In this document: positions 46,575-56,313 of the stretch, one piece after another
Position numbering within the stretch: the stretch's first letter is position 1
How the letters are laid out: every line of letters starts with the position of its first letter
Source of the DNA: a virus
Taxonomy: Duplodnaviria > Caudoviricetes
IMG/VR virus record: IMGVR_UViG_3300042451_000960
Reading direction: 5' to 3' (one strand)
DNA length: 64,000 nt
The notes under the pieces: generated by a model
Database searches by the model: none
What the model saw: the letters and a program-made list of their open reading frames with translations, nothing else
Told to the model about the DNA's origin: nothing
Program-made: the position numbers and the translations under genes

Positions 46575-47513
46575 TTATATTATATTTAAAATTTGTATTA
46601 AGGTTGATGCTGCTATAATTTCTTTATCAATTGCTACCGCAGATTTAGCAATACTATCACCTAAAATAAGGATTACGCCCGATGTGTTATCAGCTGCATA
46701 TTCATCTACCTTATCATAAAGTAGTGTGTACAATTCTGAAAACTCCGATGCTCTACTATCAATTATAGCCTGTCTTAACTTCATGTATTTATTTCTTTTA
46801 TCATCATTTGATTTAAGAATATCCAATACTTTTAATTTGTAATCATTCTCTAATAGATTTTGCACATCCACTTTCAACTTACCTTTATGCGAGTTAAGTT
46901 GGCAAGTATTGATTACCTTACGAATATCAGGATAACTAGCATCAATTATTGGAACTAAATCTTTTGGGTCAAACTCCACTTCTTCAGCTTTCAAAATTTT
47001 ACTCATCTGAATTGCTACATCCTTTTTAGTTGGTGGAATGATTTGGAAAGATTGACATCTACTCTGAATTGGTTCGATTACTTTCTCAACATAGTTGCAC
47101 GTTAAGATGAATCGACAATGTTTAGAGAATGTTTCCATTAAGTTACGAAGGATTGCCTGAGCGTTTTGTGACATATAATCAAACTCATCCATTATGATAA
47201 TCTTAAATGGTTTGAATCCCATAGAAGATGCAAAGTTTTTTACTTTTGTTCTTACAGTCTCAACGTTATTTTCATCCGATGCGTTGATAATCATATAATC
47301 ACAATCTAACGATTTAACAATTAATTTTGCTAACGTAGTTTTTCCCGTACCTGCTCTACCGTATAATAGTAAATGTGGTACATCTCCACTTTCTAAATAA
47401 GTTTCTACTTTTGATTTTAGGTGCTCATTACCTACATAATCTACCAACTTATTTGGGCGATATTTTTCTACCCATAATGAGTGGTTATTTTCTTCTTGTT
47501 GATATTCAAACAT
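46575..47513 (-). CDS. Clamp loader ATPase subunit (T4 gp44/RFC-like)
   Basis: WVEKYRP, GRAGTGKT, MDEFD, IQSRC. Confidence 0.95.
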   Translation of the reverse strand: MFEYQQEENNHSLWVEKYRPNKLVDYVGNEHLKSKVETYLESGDVPHLLLYGRAGTGKTTLAKLIVKSLDCDYMIINASDENNVETVRTKVKNFASSMGFKPFKIIIMDEFDYMSQNAQAILRNLMETFSKHCRFILTCNYVEKVIEPIQSRCQSFQIIPPTKKDVAIQMSKILKAEEVEFDPKDLVPIIDASYPDIRKVINTCQLNSHKGKLKVDVQNLLENDYKLKVLDILKSNDDKRNKYMKLRQAIIDSRASEFSELYTLLYDKVDEYAADNTSGVILILGDSIAKSAVAIDKEIIAASTLIQILNII

Positions 47514-47519
47514 ATTTTT

Positions 47520-47954
47520 TTATTTTCCAGTTGAACCGAATCCGCCTTCGCCTCTTTCGGTATTTGATAATTCTTCTGCTTCTACAAATTCAATAGGTGG
47601 ATGTGGTATAATCATAATTTGTGCAATTCTATCACCTATTTGGTATTTTTCAGATTCATTACCTTTCAACCAATTAGTTTTTTTGAATGTAGCTTGTAAC
47701 TCACCTCTGTACCCACTATCAATTACACCTACACAATTTGTTAATGCCAAATCATATTTTCTAACAGATGAACGAGGAAATATTAATCCTACAAATCCAT
47801 AAGGAATTTCCAATGCTATACCCATACCATAGGTAACATCAGTTATAGTTTCTGATATTATTGAAGTTGCTACTAAATCCATTCCAGCATCACCAGCTTT
47901 AGCGTATGTTGGAATTACTGCGTTTGGATTAAGCTTCTTTATTCTCACTTGCAT
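47520..47954 (-). CDS. dut: dUTPase (trimeric)
   Basis: AGMDL, PRSS, GVIDSGYRGE, RIAQ, RGEGGFGSTG. Confidence 0.96.
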   Translation of the reverse strand: MQVRIKKLNPNAVIPTYAKAGDAGMDLVATSIISETITDVTYGMGIALEIPYGFVGLIFPRSSVRKYDLALTNCVGVIDSGYRGELQATFKKTNWLKGNESEKYQIGDRIAQIMIIPHPPIEFVEAEELSNTERGEGGFGSTGK

Positions 47955-48333
47955 ATTCTTCCATTTTTTGGTCAAAATTTTCCATATCAGCTTCTTTTAA
48001 ACTAAAAGCTTCTCTTTGTTTTTCTCTCATTACTCTACCTTCATCGGATAATTCTCTAGCAAATATTTTAAAACATTTACCAGATTCTCCATTTGTAAAT
48101 GTAATATAAGAATTTTCTACATTTGTAATTGTAAAAATTACTTTAGGGTCTTCTTGCTTATTTAATTGGTCATCTGTCCAAGCAAATACTTGTGGTTTAT
48201 CTTCATCAAATTGAAAACACCATTCACAATCTTCATATTTTTTTTGTTGGATTGAAATTACACCCAGATCATTTTGAGTTGGGGTTTCAAATTCAACTTC
48301 TTTTACTTCTTCTTTTTGTTTTTTCTTTGCCAT
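47929..48333 (-). CDS. Hypothetical protein
   Basis: 134-aa ORF. Confidence 0.6.
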   Translation of the reverse strand: MAKKKQKEEVKEVEFETPTQNDLGVISIQQKKYEDCEWCFQFDEDKPQVFAWTDDQLNKQEDPKVIFTITNVENSYITFTNGESGKCFKIFARELSDEGRVMREKQREAFSLKEADMENFDQKMEEYASENKEA

Positions 48334-48347
48334 AATTTTATTTTTTT

Positions 48348-49559
48348 TTATCTTCCTACTTCTCCCAAATATTTTTCTTTCATTTCTTCCCAGCTGATTC
48401 CAATCGCATCTATGTAGAATAAATGTTCAGGTTTGATTCTGCCTTCATCATGTAGTTTTGTGTATCTACTAATAGCGTGTTTTTTCCACCATTTATTGAT
48501 GTATTCTGTACCTTGCTTAAACTTATCTTTGATGATTAGTTTATCTTCGGTAATTTCGTTACGAAGGAATTCACAACCATTCTCATACATCATAGCCATA
48601 TACACACCTCTTTTAAATCCGTGATGATATTCAGTTGCCTTAATACCACATTCTTTAAAGATTTGTCCTAATATCTTTTGTTTGATACCACTAACAGGTC
48701 CGTTAGCTTCATATCCCATGTTAGCACCATTACGAGCTCTCTCATCTGATATATTTTCTTTATACCATTCGGCACGATTTTCTTTTAACCATTGATGCCA
48801 AGGGTCATAATACTTATCATCCGGCTTAATGCTAATCTTACCAGCCGATTCACCTAAAGTTTTGAAAAGTGGAATACCATTGTATTGAGAATGGATACCA
48901 TACAAAGATGTTGTACCTACTGCTATAAGTACATTCTCATATTTCTTCTTCCAATACTCTCTTACTTCCGGCACCGTAGTCATCATAGCGATTAACTTAC
49001 CACCTAAGAAGTTATAACCCAATGGTTGAGTACATACAATTGTAGAAGCAATAGTTGTATTATTTAACTTACCTTTTACAAATTTATCATCTTTAGTCCA
49101 ACCAATGAAGTTATCTCTCACACCTAATGCGGTTACATCGGATGCTAAAGAGATTTGACCTAATAACTTTCCGCTTGTTCTATCTTTTACATTAATCTTT
49201 ACATTTCTGCCAGGGTTTGCTGTAAAATCCATTGTGTGAATCATTCGTCTTACCGCTGCCCACTTAGTAGATTCTTTGGCATCATCCACAATCTCAACGT
49301 AAGGGTCTAACGATTCAATTTCTTTTATCGTTAGCTCCTTATTGTTGATGTCAGTTGGTCTCCATTGAAGGTCATAATAAGATGCAATTTGGGATTTAGC
49401 CTGAATCATTGTAGGGTCTTGCAACTCTACCCACTTTTTGTATAAAGTTTGCTCCTGCACAGACATCGTCATTAGATAGTCCATGTTTTCTTTTAACTTT
49501 TGTTTTTCAACATCAAAGTCAAAGACAGGTTTTTGTGGTTCGGTATCCCAAAAGCTCAT
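48348..49559 (-). CDS. DUF4338 (DruA-like) domain protein
   Basis: PGRNVK...LGQISLAS...RDNFIGW...QPLGYNFLGGKLIA...TTSLYG. Confidence 0.75.
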   Translation of the reverse strand: MSFWDTEPQKPVFDFDVEKQKLKENMDYLMTMSVQEQTLYKKWVELQDPTMIQAKSQIASYYDLQWRPTDINNKELTIKEIESLDPYVEIVDDAKESTKWAAVRRMIHTMDFTANPGRNVKINVKDRTSGKLLGQISLASDVTALGVRDNFIGWTKDDKFVKGKLNNTTIASTIVCTQPLGYNFLGGKLIAMMTTVPEVREYWKKKYENVLIAVGTTSLYGIHSQYNGIPLFKTLGESAGKISIKPDDKYYDPWHQWLKENRAEWYKENISDERARNGANMGYEANGPVSGIKQKILGQIFKECGIKATEYHHGFKRGVYMAMMYENGCEFLRNEITEDKLIIKDKFKQGTEYINKWWKKHAISRYTKLHDEGRIKPEHLFYIDAIGISWEEMKEKYLGEVGR

Positions 49560-49561
49560 AA

Positions 49562-50257
49562 TTACTTAATTTCTACGAGGTAATAGTTTGAAGTGTAATC
49601 ACCATCGGTAAACGATACGTGTGATAATCCTTTAGATGAAATCTTTAATGAAGATGTCTTAGAACCTTTGTTAGCCATTAAGATAGCTTTCAAATACTTT
49701 GCTGAAAATGCTATTGGTTCAATATCTTCTTTACATTTACAATCTACAGCGATTGAAATTCGGTTAGAGTTAATTGAAGAATAACCCAATATAACTTCAC
49801 CACTTCCACCTTTACAAGTGAATGTAAATGTATCAGCATCAGCCAATGCACCTTTAGATTTGATGAACTTGTTAATAAAGTCATCATTAAGTGTAATCTC
49901 TGCATCAAATTCAGGCAAAGCCTTCAAATCGGGTACCGCAGGAATTACTGAAGGTGCTGCTAACATATATTGTACCTTAGTACCTTTATCAGCGAACTTA
50001 ACTGCTCCAGTTGTTTCTTCTACAGTGATTGCCTCATCCAATACACTCAACAATCCTTTTAATTGTGATGTAGTGTAGATGCCAAATTCACCTTTTGGAA
50101 AATCCTTTTCAGCTACAGTAACATCACCCAATAGAGTTTTGTCATCTGAAATCATTCTTACTGAAAGATTCTTACCATCGGCTTTTACCATAACGGATTC
50201 AATCTCACCACCAAGGTTGTAACGATTGATAAAACCATCAAATTTACTTTTGTTCAT
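49562..50257 (-). CDS. DNA polymerase sliding clamp (T4 gp45-like)
   Basis: 231 aa, directly downstream of the polymerase; FGIYTTSQL, two-domain clamp-like size. Confidence 0.75.
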   Translation of the reverse strand: MNKSKFDGFINRYNLGGEIESVMVKADGKNLSVRMISDDKTLLGDVTVAEKDFPKGEFGIYTTSQLKGLLSVLDEAITVEETTGAVKFADKGTKVQYMLAAPSVIPAVPDLKALPEFDAEITLNDDFINKFIKSKGALADADTFTFTCKGGSGEVILGYSSINSNRISIAVDCKCKEDIEPIAFSAKYLKAILMANKGSKTSSLKISSKGLSHVSFTDGDYTSNYYLVEIK

Positions 50258-50290
50258 AATATACTTTTTATAGTTTAAGTTTTAGAAATA

Positions 50291-50322
50291 CAAATATACG
50301 AAAAATTATTCAATCTACCAAA
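50291..50322 (-). promoter_or_regulatory. Bacteroidota primary-sigma promoter
   Basis: TTTGG-N19-TATATTTG. Confidence 0.75.
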
Positions 50323-52839
50323 TTAAAATGAAAAGAATTTTTCAGCGGTTTTAGCTGCGGAAAGTACCTCTCCCCATCCTAATGCTCCATAAAAATCCTC
50401 TAATTTCTTTAATAACTCCCTTTCAAAGATTTTGTCATAATCAATATATTGAGTTACCAACTCCATAATCTCAGGTGAATCATTATATCCTTTAAATGCC
50501 AATCCCTCTAATCCGTATGGGTTTTGTTTTAGATATACCCATTTAACTTTATCACCATCTCTCATTGGTTCGTATTTAGATGGAGATTTAAAGTGAACTA
50601 ATAATTGATTATGTGCAATTGCTGCTTTAACGTGCGCCGGAGTTGCTGATGCAAATTGGAACATTGCCGTTGGTTTCTTAGGCATGTACTTAGATAATTC
50701 CTTTACAGCCGAATTCTTAGCTATTGAAGTTACATCCATATTAACCAAATCTTTTTTGAATGCCTGAATCTTATCAGTCAAAATATCTTCAGTATCACCT
50801 TTTAGAATTTGAATAAGAACTTCACCCATAAATTTACGGAACTCGGCCGGATACGATGAACGTACTACGTCCAATCCTTTCACATCCAATCTATCCATCG
50901 GAATACCATTCTCAGCCACAATCCATTGTGCGTATCTTTTCTTAGCAATCCAAATACCACTTCTACTAACAAACTCTTTTTTAATTTGGAAACGATGTTT
51001 TTCTTTTGCTACGTTGAATATTTTTTCAGCCAATACATCATAAAAGTTATTTAAGAAATCCTGCGTTTCACCAGCTATACCATCCACTAATTGTGCAATC
51101 TCACTATCTTCTCTTTGTTTCCAATCAGGAAATCTAAAATCTAAGATAGGAACTGCTGAAAAGAATACGGAATCAGTATCAATATAAATGTTATAATCAC
51201 CGCCTTTAGTTCCCAACTCTTTGTTGTATTTAATGTTAGCCATATCCGCAGTTGATTTAATTACGGTCTGACCTGTTAGTGTTACCGCCTCAGCGTTATC
51301 CACATCATAGAAACGGAAAGCAGGTAATCCTAATACTCCATAAAGAGAGTTCAATAGAATCTTTTGTACCAGCTGTCTTTTCTTATAAAATGCGTATTTT
51401 TCTTTATCACCAGCTTCACCAAACTTCTTCTCCAACTTACGGAATTCAACCCTTTGGTCAAACCATAAATTAAGAATATCAGGGATACAACCCGGCTTAT
51501 CAGTTTTATATAGGACACCATTTGATGCTACCGAACACTTAGCTTCTTCAAATAGTTTCTTTAAGTTTTCTTTTGTAATCTGCCTATCACCAATTGTGTA
51601 CATATCAACTTCACCTTTCATAAACTTTTGTGCATCCCAATCATTAATCTTACCAATCTTAGTTTCAGGACTGATGTTTACAGTCATAATGATTGATGGG
51701 TAAAGTGAAGTTAAATCCAAGTCATATATCCATTCGTATTTACCAACGATAGGTGCTTTAACATATGCTCCAATAAACTTCTCTTCGTGATTCTCACGGA
51801 TTGCTTCCATACGTTCTTGTCTATCCGCAGGTTTGTTTGGTGCTACAATATTCTTTCTTTTAAGGTAAGTAAGCATCGCACCCTCTAAGTATTTAGATGA
51901 GTAAACGAAATCTTCATACGGAACATGTCCAGCGTGGCATATACCTCTACACAAATCAATGAATTGTAATTTTCTATCCAATGATACTACGAGGTCAACG
52001 TCAATTAAGTTATACTCAATAAACTTTTCAATATCATTCTTAAACAATTCATCTAAGTTACCTTTATATTCAACCTTACCACGTTTAAGTTCTTTCATAG
52101 CGATAGAATCTAAACGATAGTTATCCAATTCTGAATAAGTGTATGTACGATATAATTGTAAGTAGTCCAAATACGATACACCTGCCATAAAGAATCTCTT
52201 ACGATATGGTGACCAGAAACATTCTCCGATTGGTGATAGCCTATTAGCGTGTTTAGCACCCAATAATCGTTTAATACGATTGTATAAGTAAGGAGTATCA
52301 AAATAATCAATGTTCCACCCAGTAACAATACTTGGATTTATCATTTCATACAAATCCAAATACTTTAAAATCATATCCCTTTCATCTCTAAATGGAATTA
52401 CAGTTCTATTACCGGTATTACTTTCTTTCATCTTACCAGCCTTATCCATAATAAGAACCCAATAATGGTCAGTAGCAGAATCGTGCAAACCTATCGCTGT
52501 AAGTTCGTTCTCTGCTTTTTCCATATCAGGCAAACCCGTTTCCATTTCAACCTCAATATCGTATGTAAGCGTAACATGCCCTTCCGATGGAATATCGGAA
52601 TCGGTATAGGTATCAACTAAAACACGTGTGGTTTCAGGAACATCAGATTCAAATAATTCAGGATCATCTTTTTTGAATTTCCATATTTTAGTTAGCCTAT
52701 CACCATAAAGAGAAACATATTCACCTCTATCAGCTTTCTCATAAGCATATCTACTATATGGGAAAGTGCGGTATCCCAATTTATCATCCCAAATGTGCAC
52801 TAAATTCTTTTCTCTTTGATAATAACAATTTTGATACAT
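50323..52839 (-). CDS. DNA polymerase family B (T4 gp43-like)
   Basis: Exonuclease YDIE, GWNIDYFD; polymerase DLTSLYPS, KILLNSLYG, YIDTDS; C-terminal EKFFSF. Confidence 0.97.
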   Translation of the reverse strand: MYQNCYYQREKNLVHIWDDKLGYRTFPYSRYAYEKADRGEYVSLYGDRLTKIWKFKKDDPELFESDVPETTRVLVDTYTDSDIPSEGHVTLTYDIEVEMETGLPDMEKAENELTAIGLHDSATDHYWVLIMDKAGKMKESNTGNRTVIPFRDERDMILKYLDLYEMINPSIVTGWNIDYFDTPYLYNRIKRLLGAKHANRLSPIGECFWSPYRKRFFMAGVSYLDYLQLYRTYTYSELDNYRLDSIAMKELKRGKVEYKGNLDELFKNDIEKFIEYNLIDVDLVVSLDRKLQFIDLCRGICHAGHVPYEDFVYSSKYLEGAMLTYLKRKNIVAPNKPADRQERMEAIRENHEEKFIGAYVKAPIVGKYEWIYDLDLTSLYPSIIMTVNISPETKIGKINDWDAQKFMKGEVDMYTIGDRQITKENLKKLFEEAKCSVASNGVLYKTDKPGCIPDILNLWFDQRVEFRKLEKKFGEAGDKEKYAFYKKRQLVQKILLNSLYGVLGLPAFRFYDVDNAEAVTLTGQTVIKSTADMANIKYNKELGTKGGDYNIYIDTDSVFFSAVPILDFRFPDWKQREDSEIAQLVDGIAGETQDFLNNFYDVLAEKIFNVAKEKHRFQIKKEFVSRSGIWIAKKRYAQWIVAENGIPMDRLDVKGLDVVRSSYPAEFRKFMGEVLIQILKGDTEDILTDKIQAFKKDLVNMDVTSIAKNSAVKELSKYMPKKPTAMFQFASATPAHVKAAIAHNQLLVHFKSPSKYEPMRDGDKVKWVYLKQNPYGLEGLAFKGYNDSPEIMELVTQYIDYDKIFERELLKKLEDFYGALGWGEVLSAAKTAEKFFSF

Positions 52840-53955
52840 CTATTCTTTTAATTTTTTATGTAATTCAATAAGCATCTTTCCTTCATTTTCTGAAAGTTCT
52901 AATGCTCTTTCAATACTTTTTTGTTCTCTTTCTTTTCTATAAGTATCGTCATCCAATATCTTGTCTAATAGTTCAAATAGGTCTTTTTTAAATTTAAAGA
53001 ACAATCCGTTTGGTTCTATTTCCTGATAACATAGTGATTCTTGATATATCATTGGTGTACCATTCATCAAGCAATCCGTTGCCGATACACTCCAACCATA
53101 ATTTGTTTGCCTCATTTGAATACCAACTTTACATTGTTGTAATCTACCATAATATTCATGCTTTGGAAGTTTAGTAGCATCAATCCAATTATGTTCCGGT
53201 GTTCCTTTTAATTGAGGCACCCATACACTAAAATCTTGTCTACGTTCCCTATATTCTTCCATCAATTTAATGAAAGCGGGATAACCTTTATAAGCTGCTG
53301 CTCTATGATTGAATACTATAATATTTCGTTTTTCTTCCGATGCTGATTCTATTACATTTTGTTTTGGTAAACCTAAGTTCCATACCACTAAAATATCATC
53401 TAGCTTTTTAACAAACTCATCATTGAACCAAATCTTAGCTTCTTCTAATACTCTATTCTTTTGGTCTTGTGTATTAAGGTAGCAAGTTTCCATTTGAGAT
53501 ATACCTAATAATTCAATTGGCATCCATCTCCATTTATTTTTTCTATCTTCCGCATTGCAGGATTTCATTTCCCACCAATGGCAATATCCAATTATTTTAG
53601 TATCAAATGAATTCTTATATCTTCCAACTTGAGGCCAATCAGGCAAATGTGAATAGATAACATCATACTCTAATGTTTCTAACAGCTTATTGAAATCCGG
53701 CGGATAGGTACGCATTTTAATCATATCACCAGAGAAGGGTAAGATATGCTGCTTTACATTTAGTAAATTCAATTTCTTAACCGGCTCGGGTAGTATAATA
53801 TTCCAAAAGTATTCTCCGTGTTGCTCTAAACCTTTTATATGGTTATAGATAACATCAACGAATGAATCCTTTTCTATATTAGCGGAATTGGTGATATTAG
53901 GTATCACCAAAACACGCCTTGCTTCTTTACTTAATTGCCCTTCCCAAAAATTCAT
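52840..53955 (-). CDS. GT-B glycosyltransferase abutting the DNA polymerase gene
   Basis: YSHLPD, IVFNHR...KGY, WSVSATDCLMNGTPMI. Confidence 0.75.
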   Translation of the reverse strand: MNFWEGQLSKEARRVLVIPNITNSANIEKDSFVDVIYNHIKGLEQHGEYFWNIILPEPVKKLNLLNVKQHILPFSGDMIKMRTYPPDFNKLLETLEYDVIYSHLPDWPQVGRYKNSFDTKIIGYCHWWEMKSCNAEDRKNKWRWMPIELLGISQMETCYLNTQDQKNRVLEEAKIWFNDEFVKKLDDILVVWNLGLPKQNVIESASEEKRNIIVFNHRAAAYKGYPAFIKLMEEYRERRQDFSVWVPQLKGTPEHNWIDATKLPKHEYYGRLQQCKVGIQMRQTNYGWSVSATDCLMNGTPMIYQESLCYQEIEPNGLFFKFKKDLFELLDKILDDDTYRKEREQKSIERALELSENEGKMLIELHKKLKE

Positions 53956-55232
53956 TAATCTAATTGATTTGTAATTGTTGTTTGCATTTCAATAATTTGA
54001 AATGTATATTTAAGTGGATGTAAGAAATATTTTAATTTTGCAATTGCATCCGGTTGATAATCTTGCTTCCACTTATCTTCAGCAGCTGGTCCGTTGTGAT
54101 GAACCAATATAACCAACTTTGATTTTGTCTTTTCTCTACTTTTTGTTTTCTTATCAATTTCAGTTTCACTAAATATATGATTAAAAATATTATCCCACTT
54201 AAACATTGCTGATGATAAAGCTATACACATTGTATCTTTATCTTTAGTACTATCTTTTTTTGCTTCCAAAGCTTTCTTACCAGACCCAGTTGTATAATCA
54301 ATCCACAATTGATTGGCCTTCTTTAAATCATCTTTATCTATTTCTTTCTGAGCTTCTAAAAGAATTGATTTTATTTGTTTATTTGTAAACTTCATTTCTT
54401 TAAGAAACTCTTTGTTAGATGAATCATTTACTGGTACTCCTTTTAAGTGTTGAGTTTGGATATATTTTATCATATCCAACTTACTAGCACGTTGCTTTAC
54501 TACATCAGAAGGTCTATTTAAAAGATTACCAACTGCTATTAATTCCTCATTTGTATATTCATTATGTACATCTTCAGGAATTACAGCAACAATAACATCT
54601 CTACCATGCTTTGATTTAAGAATACCAGCAACTGTATGGTTTCCATCAATAATAACATTATTACCAGCTTGTCTAGCTTTAGCTACAACCACTGGGTTAC
54701 ATTTATCAGTATTTCCACCCGCATCATCAATCTTTTCTGAAATTTCTCTTACATGCTCAGGATTTTCTAAAAACCTTACCTGTAACTTAAAGTACTTACT
54801 TACTTCTTCTATTGATTCTTTTGTATCCAATGTAAATTCGCCATTTTCAATTCTTGCAACTAACTCCTTAACTTTATCCACATCAATTGGTTTATACTTT
54901 GGAGCTCCATTTGTTAAATTGAAATACATAGGATTGTTTTTAGCATCAGCTTCAGAAAGTATTTTGTGTTCCGACACAGTCATTTGATTATAATCACCAT
55001 ATTCTAAAATTTCAAATTTAAGATTAGAATCGGTATTAGATAATAGTTTATTAAACTCTTTATTTTGTGATGAATGCCAATAACCATCACCAACATATCC
55101 TTTATGGACACCAACATATACTCTATTGGTATCCATATCGGTAAAACGATATAAATATCCCTCATATGTAGTGGGCATATTTCCTAACTGAACATCTTTA
55201 ACTGATTCCGGTTTATTTGCAAATAAATTCAT
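53955..55232 (-). CDS. GIY-YIG-like domain fused to a ParB/Srx-like domain
   Basis: GYLYRFT...VYVGVH (Seg-like GIY-YIG); PVVV...IIDGNHT (ParB-like). Confidence 0.6.
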   Translation of the reverse strand: MNLFANKPESVKDVQLGNMPTTYEGYLYRFTDMDTNRVYVGVHKGYVGDGYWHSSQNKEFNKLLSNTDSNLKFEILEYGDYNQMTVSEHKILSEADAKNNPMYFNLTNGAPKYKPIDVDKVKELVARIENGEFTLDTKESIEEVSKYFKLQVRFLENPEHVREISEKIDDAGGNTDKCNPVVVAKARQAGNNVIIDGNHTVAGILKSKHGRDVIVAVIPEDVHNEYTNEELIAVGNLLNRPSDVVKQRASKLDMIKYIQTQHLKGVPVNDSSNKEFLKEMKFTNKQIKSILLEAQKEIDKDDLKKANQLWIDYTTGSGKKALEAKKDSTKDKDTMCIALSSAMFKWDNIFNHIFSETEIDKKTKSREKTKSKLVILVHHNGPAAEDKWKQDYQPDAIAKLKYFLHPLKYTFQIIEMQTTITNQLD

Positions 55233-55268
55233 TCTTTTATGTTTTATGATTTTAAAAATTTTACTATG

Positions 55269-55300
55269 TAAAGATACGAAAAATCCCCCAATTTGCCAAA
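55269..55300 (-). promoter_or_regulatory. Bacteroidota primary-sigma promoter
   Basis: TTTGG-N19-TATCTTTA. Confidence 0.7.
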
Positions 55301-55312
55301 TAAATTAGGGGA
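55279..55312 (-). terminator. Intrinsic terminator after the Mom-like gene, overlapping the promoter
   Basis: Minus strand TCCCCTAATTT-ATTTGGC-AAATTGGGGGA-TTTTT. Confidence 0.65.
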
Positions 55313-55319
55313 TAATTTA

Positions 55320-55344
55320 TAATCAATTGATTATCAATGAGTTA
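55320..55344. repeat. 25-bp palindromic site
   Basis: TAATCAATTGATTATCAATGAGTTA. Confidence 0.8.
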
Positions 55345-55348
55345 CATA

Positions 55349-56149
55349 TTACCAATAGTTTTCAGCCCCTTCAGGTGCTACATAATTCGTTTCATGTCTT
55401 ACCACTTCGGTGTTAAAATCGGTAGCACTTTTTGGATATGATTTGATGGGATGTTTGAGTGCCTTCATCATAGCCTTTCTTTCTTTCTTATCTTGTGGAA
55501 GTAATTGTACATATCGGTGCTTTGGTGGCTCCATTCTTCTCCAAAAGTATTGATAACCTTCTTTACCAATTTCATTTTTTAAATGCTCTAAGTTACCACT
55601 ACCCCATTTACTGAATACAGTTCTACTATGAATCCATTTGTAAGGATTTTCTTGCAAAGATATACCCCAATTTGGCATTAATGCAATATCAGATGAAATA
55701 CCCTGATATATCCAATTGGTAGCTTGATAAATTGCTCCTAAGTGTTGTTGTCCTGCATCAGCATAAGATAGTAACAACTTAATATTTTTATCATTTTCTT
55801 TAATCCACTTAAACGATTGTGATATTGCATATGATTCAATATTAGAACCATAACCATCATCACAATACAAACGGGTCAATTCTAAAATGTTATCTTTAGT
55901 CAATCCTTCACAAACAGATGTTGCTGCTTTTGCTCCAACAGGGAATCCGTAAATAATACAACCTATAAGTTTATCACCATCAAAGGTCATAGCATCTTCT
56001 GATTTATAATAGATACCTAATGCATAACGGCAAGATGTCCAAGCGTGAGTATAGTGTCTCTGAACAATAATATCTTTTGCGATATTTTTAGCTATTGGTG
56101 CGATGTACACTTTACTTACATCACAATATTGTTTACCTTCTACTTTCAT
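55349..56149 (-). CDS. Mom-like adenine modification enzyme (GNAT fold), paralog 2
   Basis: KDIIVQRHY, ILELTRLY, ESYAISQS, LLSYADAGQQHLGAIYQATNWIYQG. Confidence 0.8.
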   Translation of the reverse strand: MKVEGKQYCDVSKVYIAPIAKNIAKDIIVQRHYTHAWTSCRYALGIYYKSEDAMTFDGDKLIGCIIYGFPVGAKAATSVCEGLTKDNILELTRLYCDDGYGSNIESYAISQSFKWIKENDKNIKLLLSYADAGQQHLGAIYQATNWIYQGISSDIALMPNWGISLQENPYKWIHSRTVFSKWGSGNLEHLKNEIGKEGYQYFWRRMEPPKHRYVQLLPQDKKERKAMMKALKHPIKSYPKSATDFNTEVVRHETNYVAPEGAENYW

Positions 56150-56313
56150 TACCAGAATTTCTTTTTATCTTTTTTAGGTGGATTGGTTTCCAATTCCTTT
56201 TTTAATTTCTTTTTTTCAGCCGGCGTTAGGTTTGTCATCTTCTGCCATTCTTCCAACTTTTCCCAACTATCAATTATATAATAACCTTCCTTATCCTTTG
56301 TTAGCTTTGCCAT
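56149..56313 (-). CDS. Small hypothetical protein (54 aa), missing from the ORF track
   Basis: MAKLTKDKEGYYIIDSWEKLEEWQKMTNLTPAEKKKLKKELETNPPKKDKKKFW*; TAATG-coupled to the Mom-like gene. Confidence 0.6.
   Translation of the reverse strand: MAKLTKDKEGYYIIDSWEKLEEWQKMTNLTPAEKKKLKKELETNPPKKDKKKFW

Noticed and set aside
48348-49559. Complete Druantia defence system
   Set aside because: Only a DruA-like gene is present; no DruB-E.
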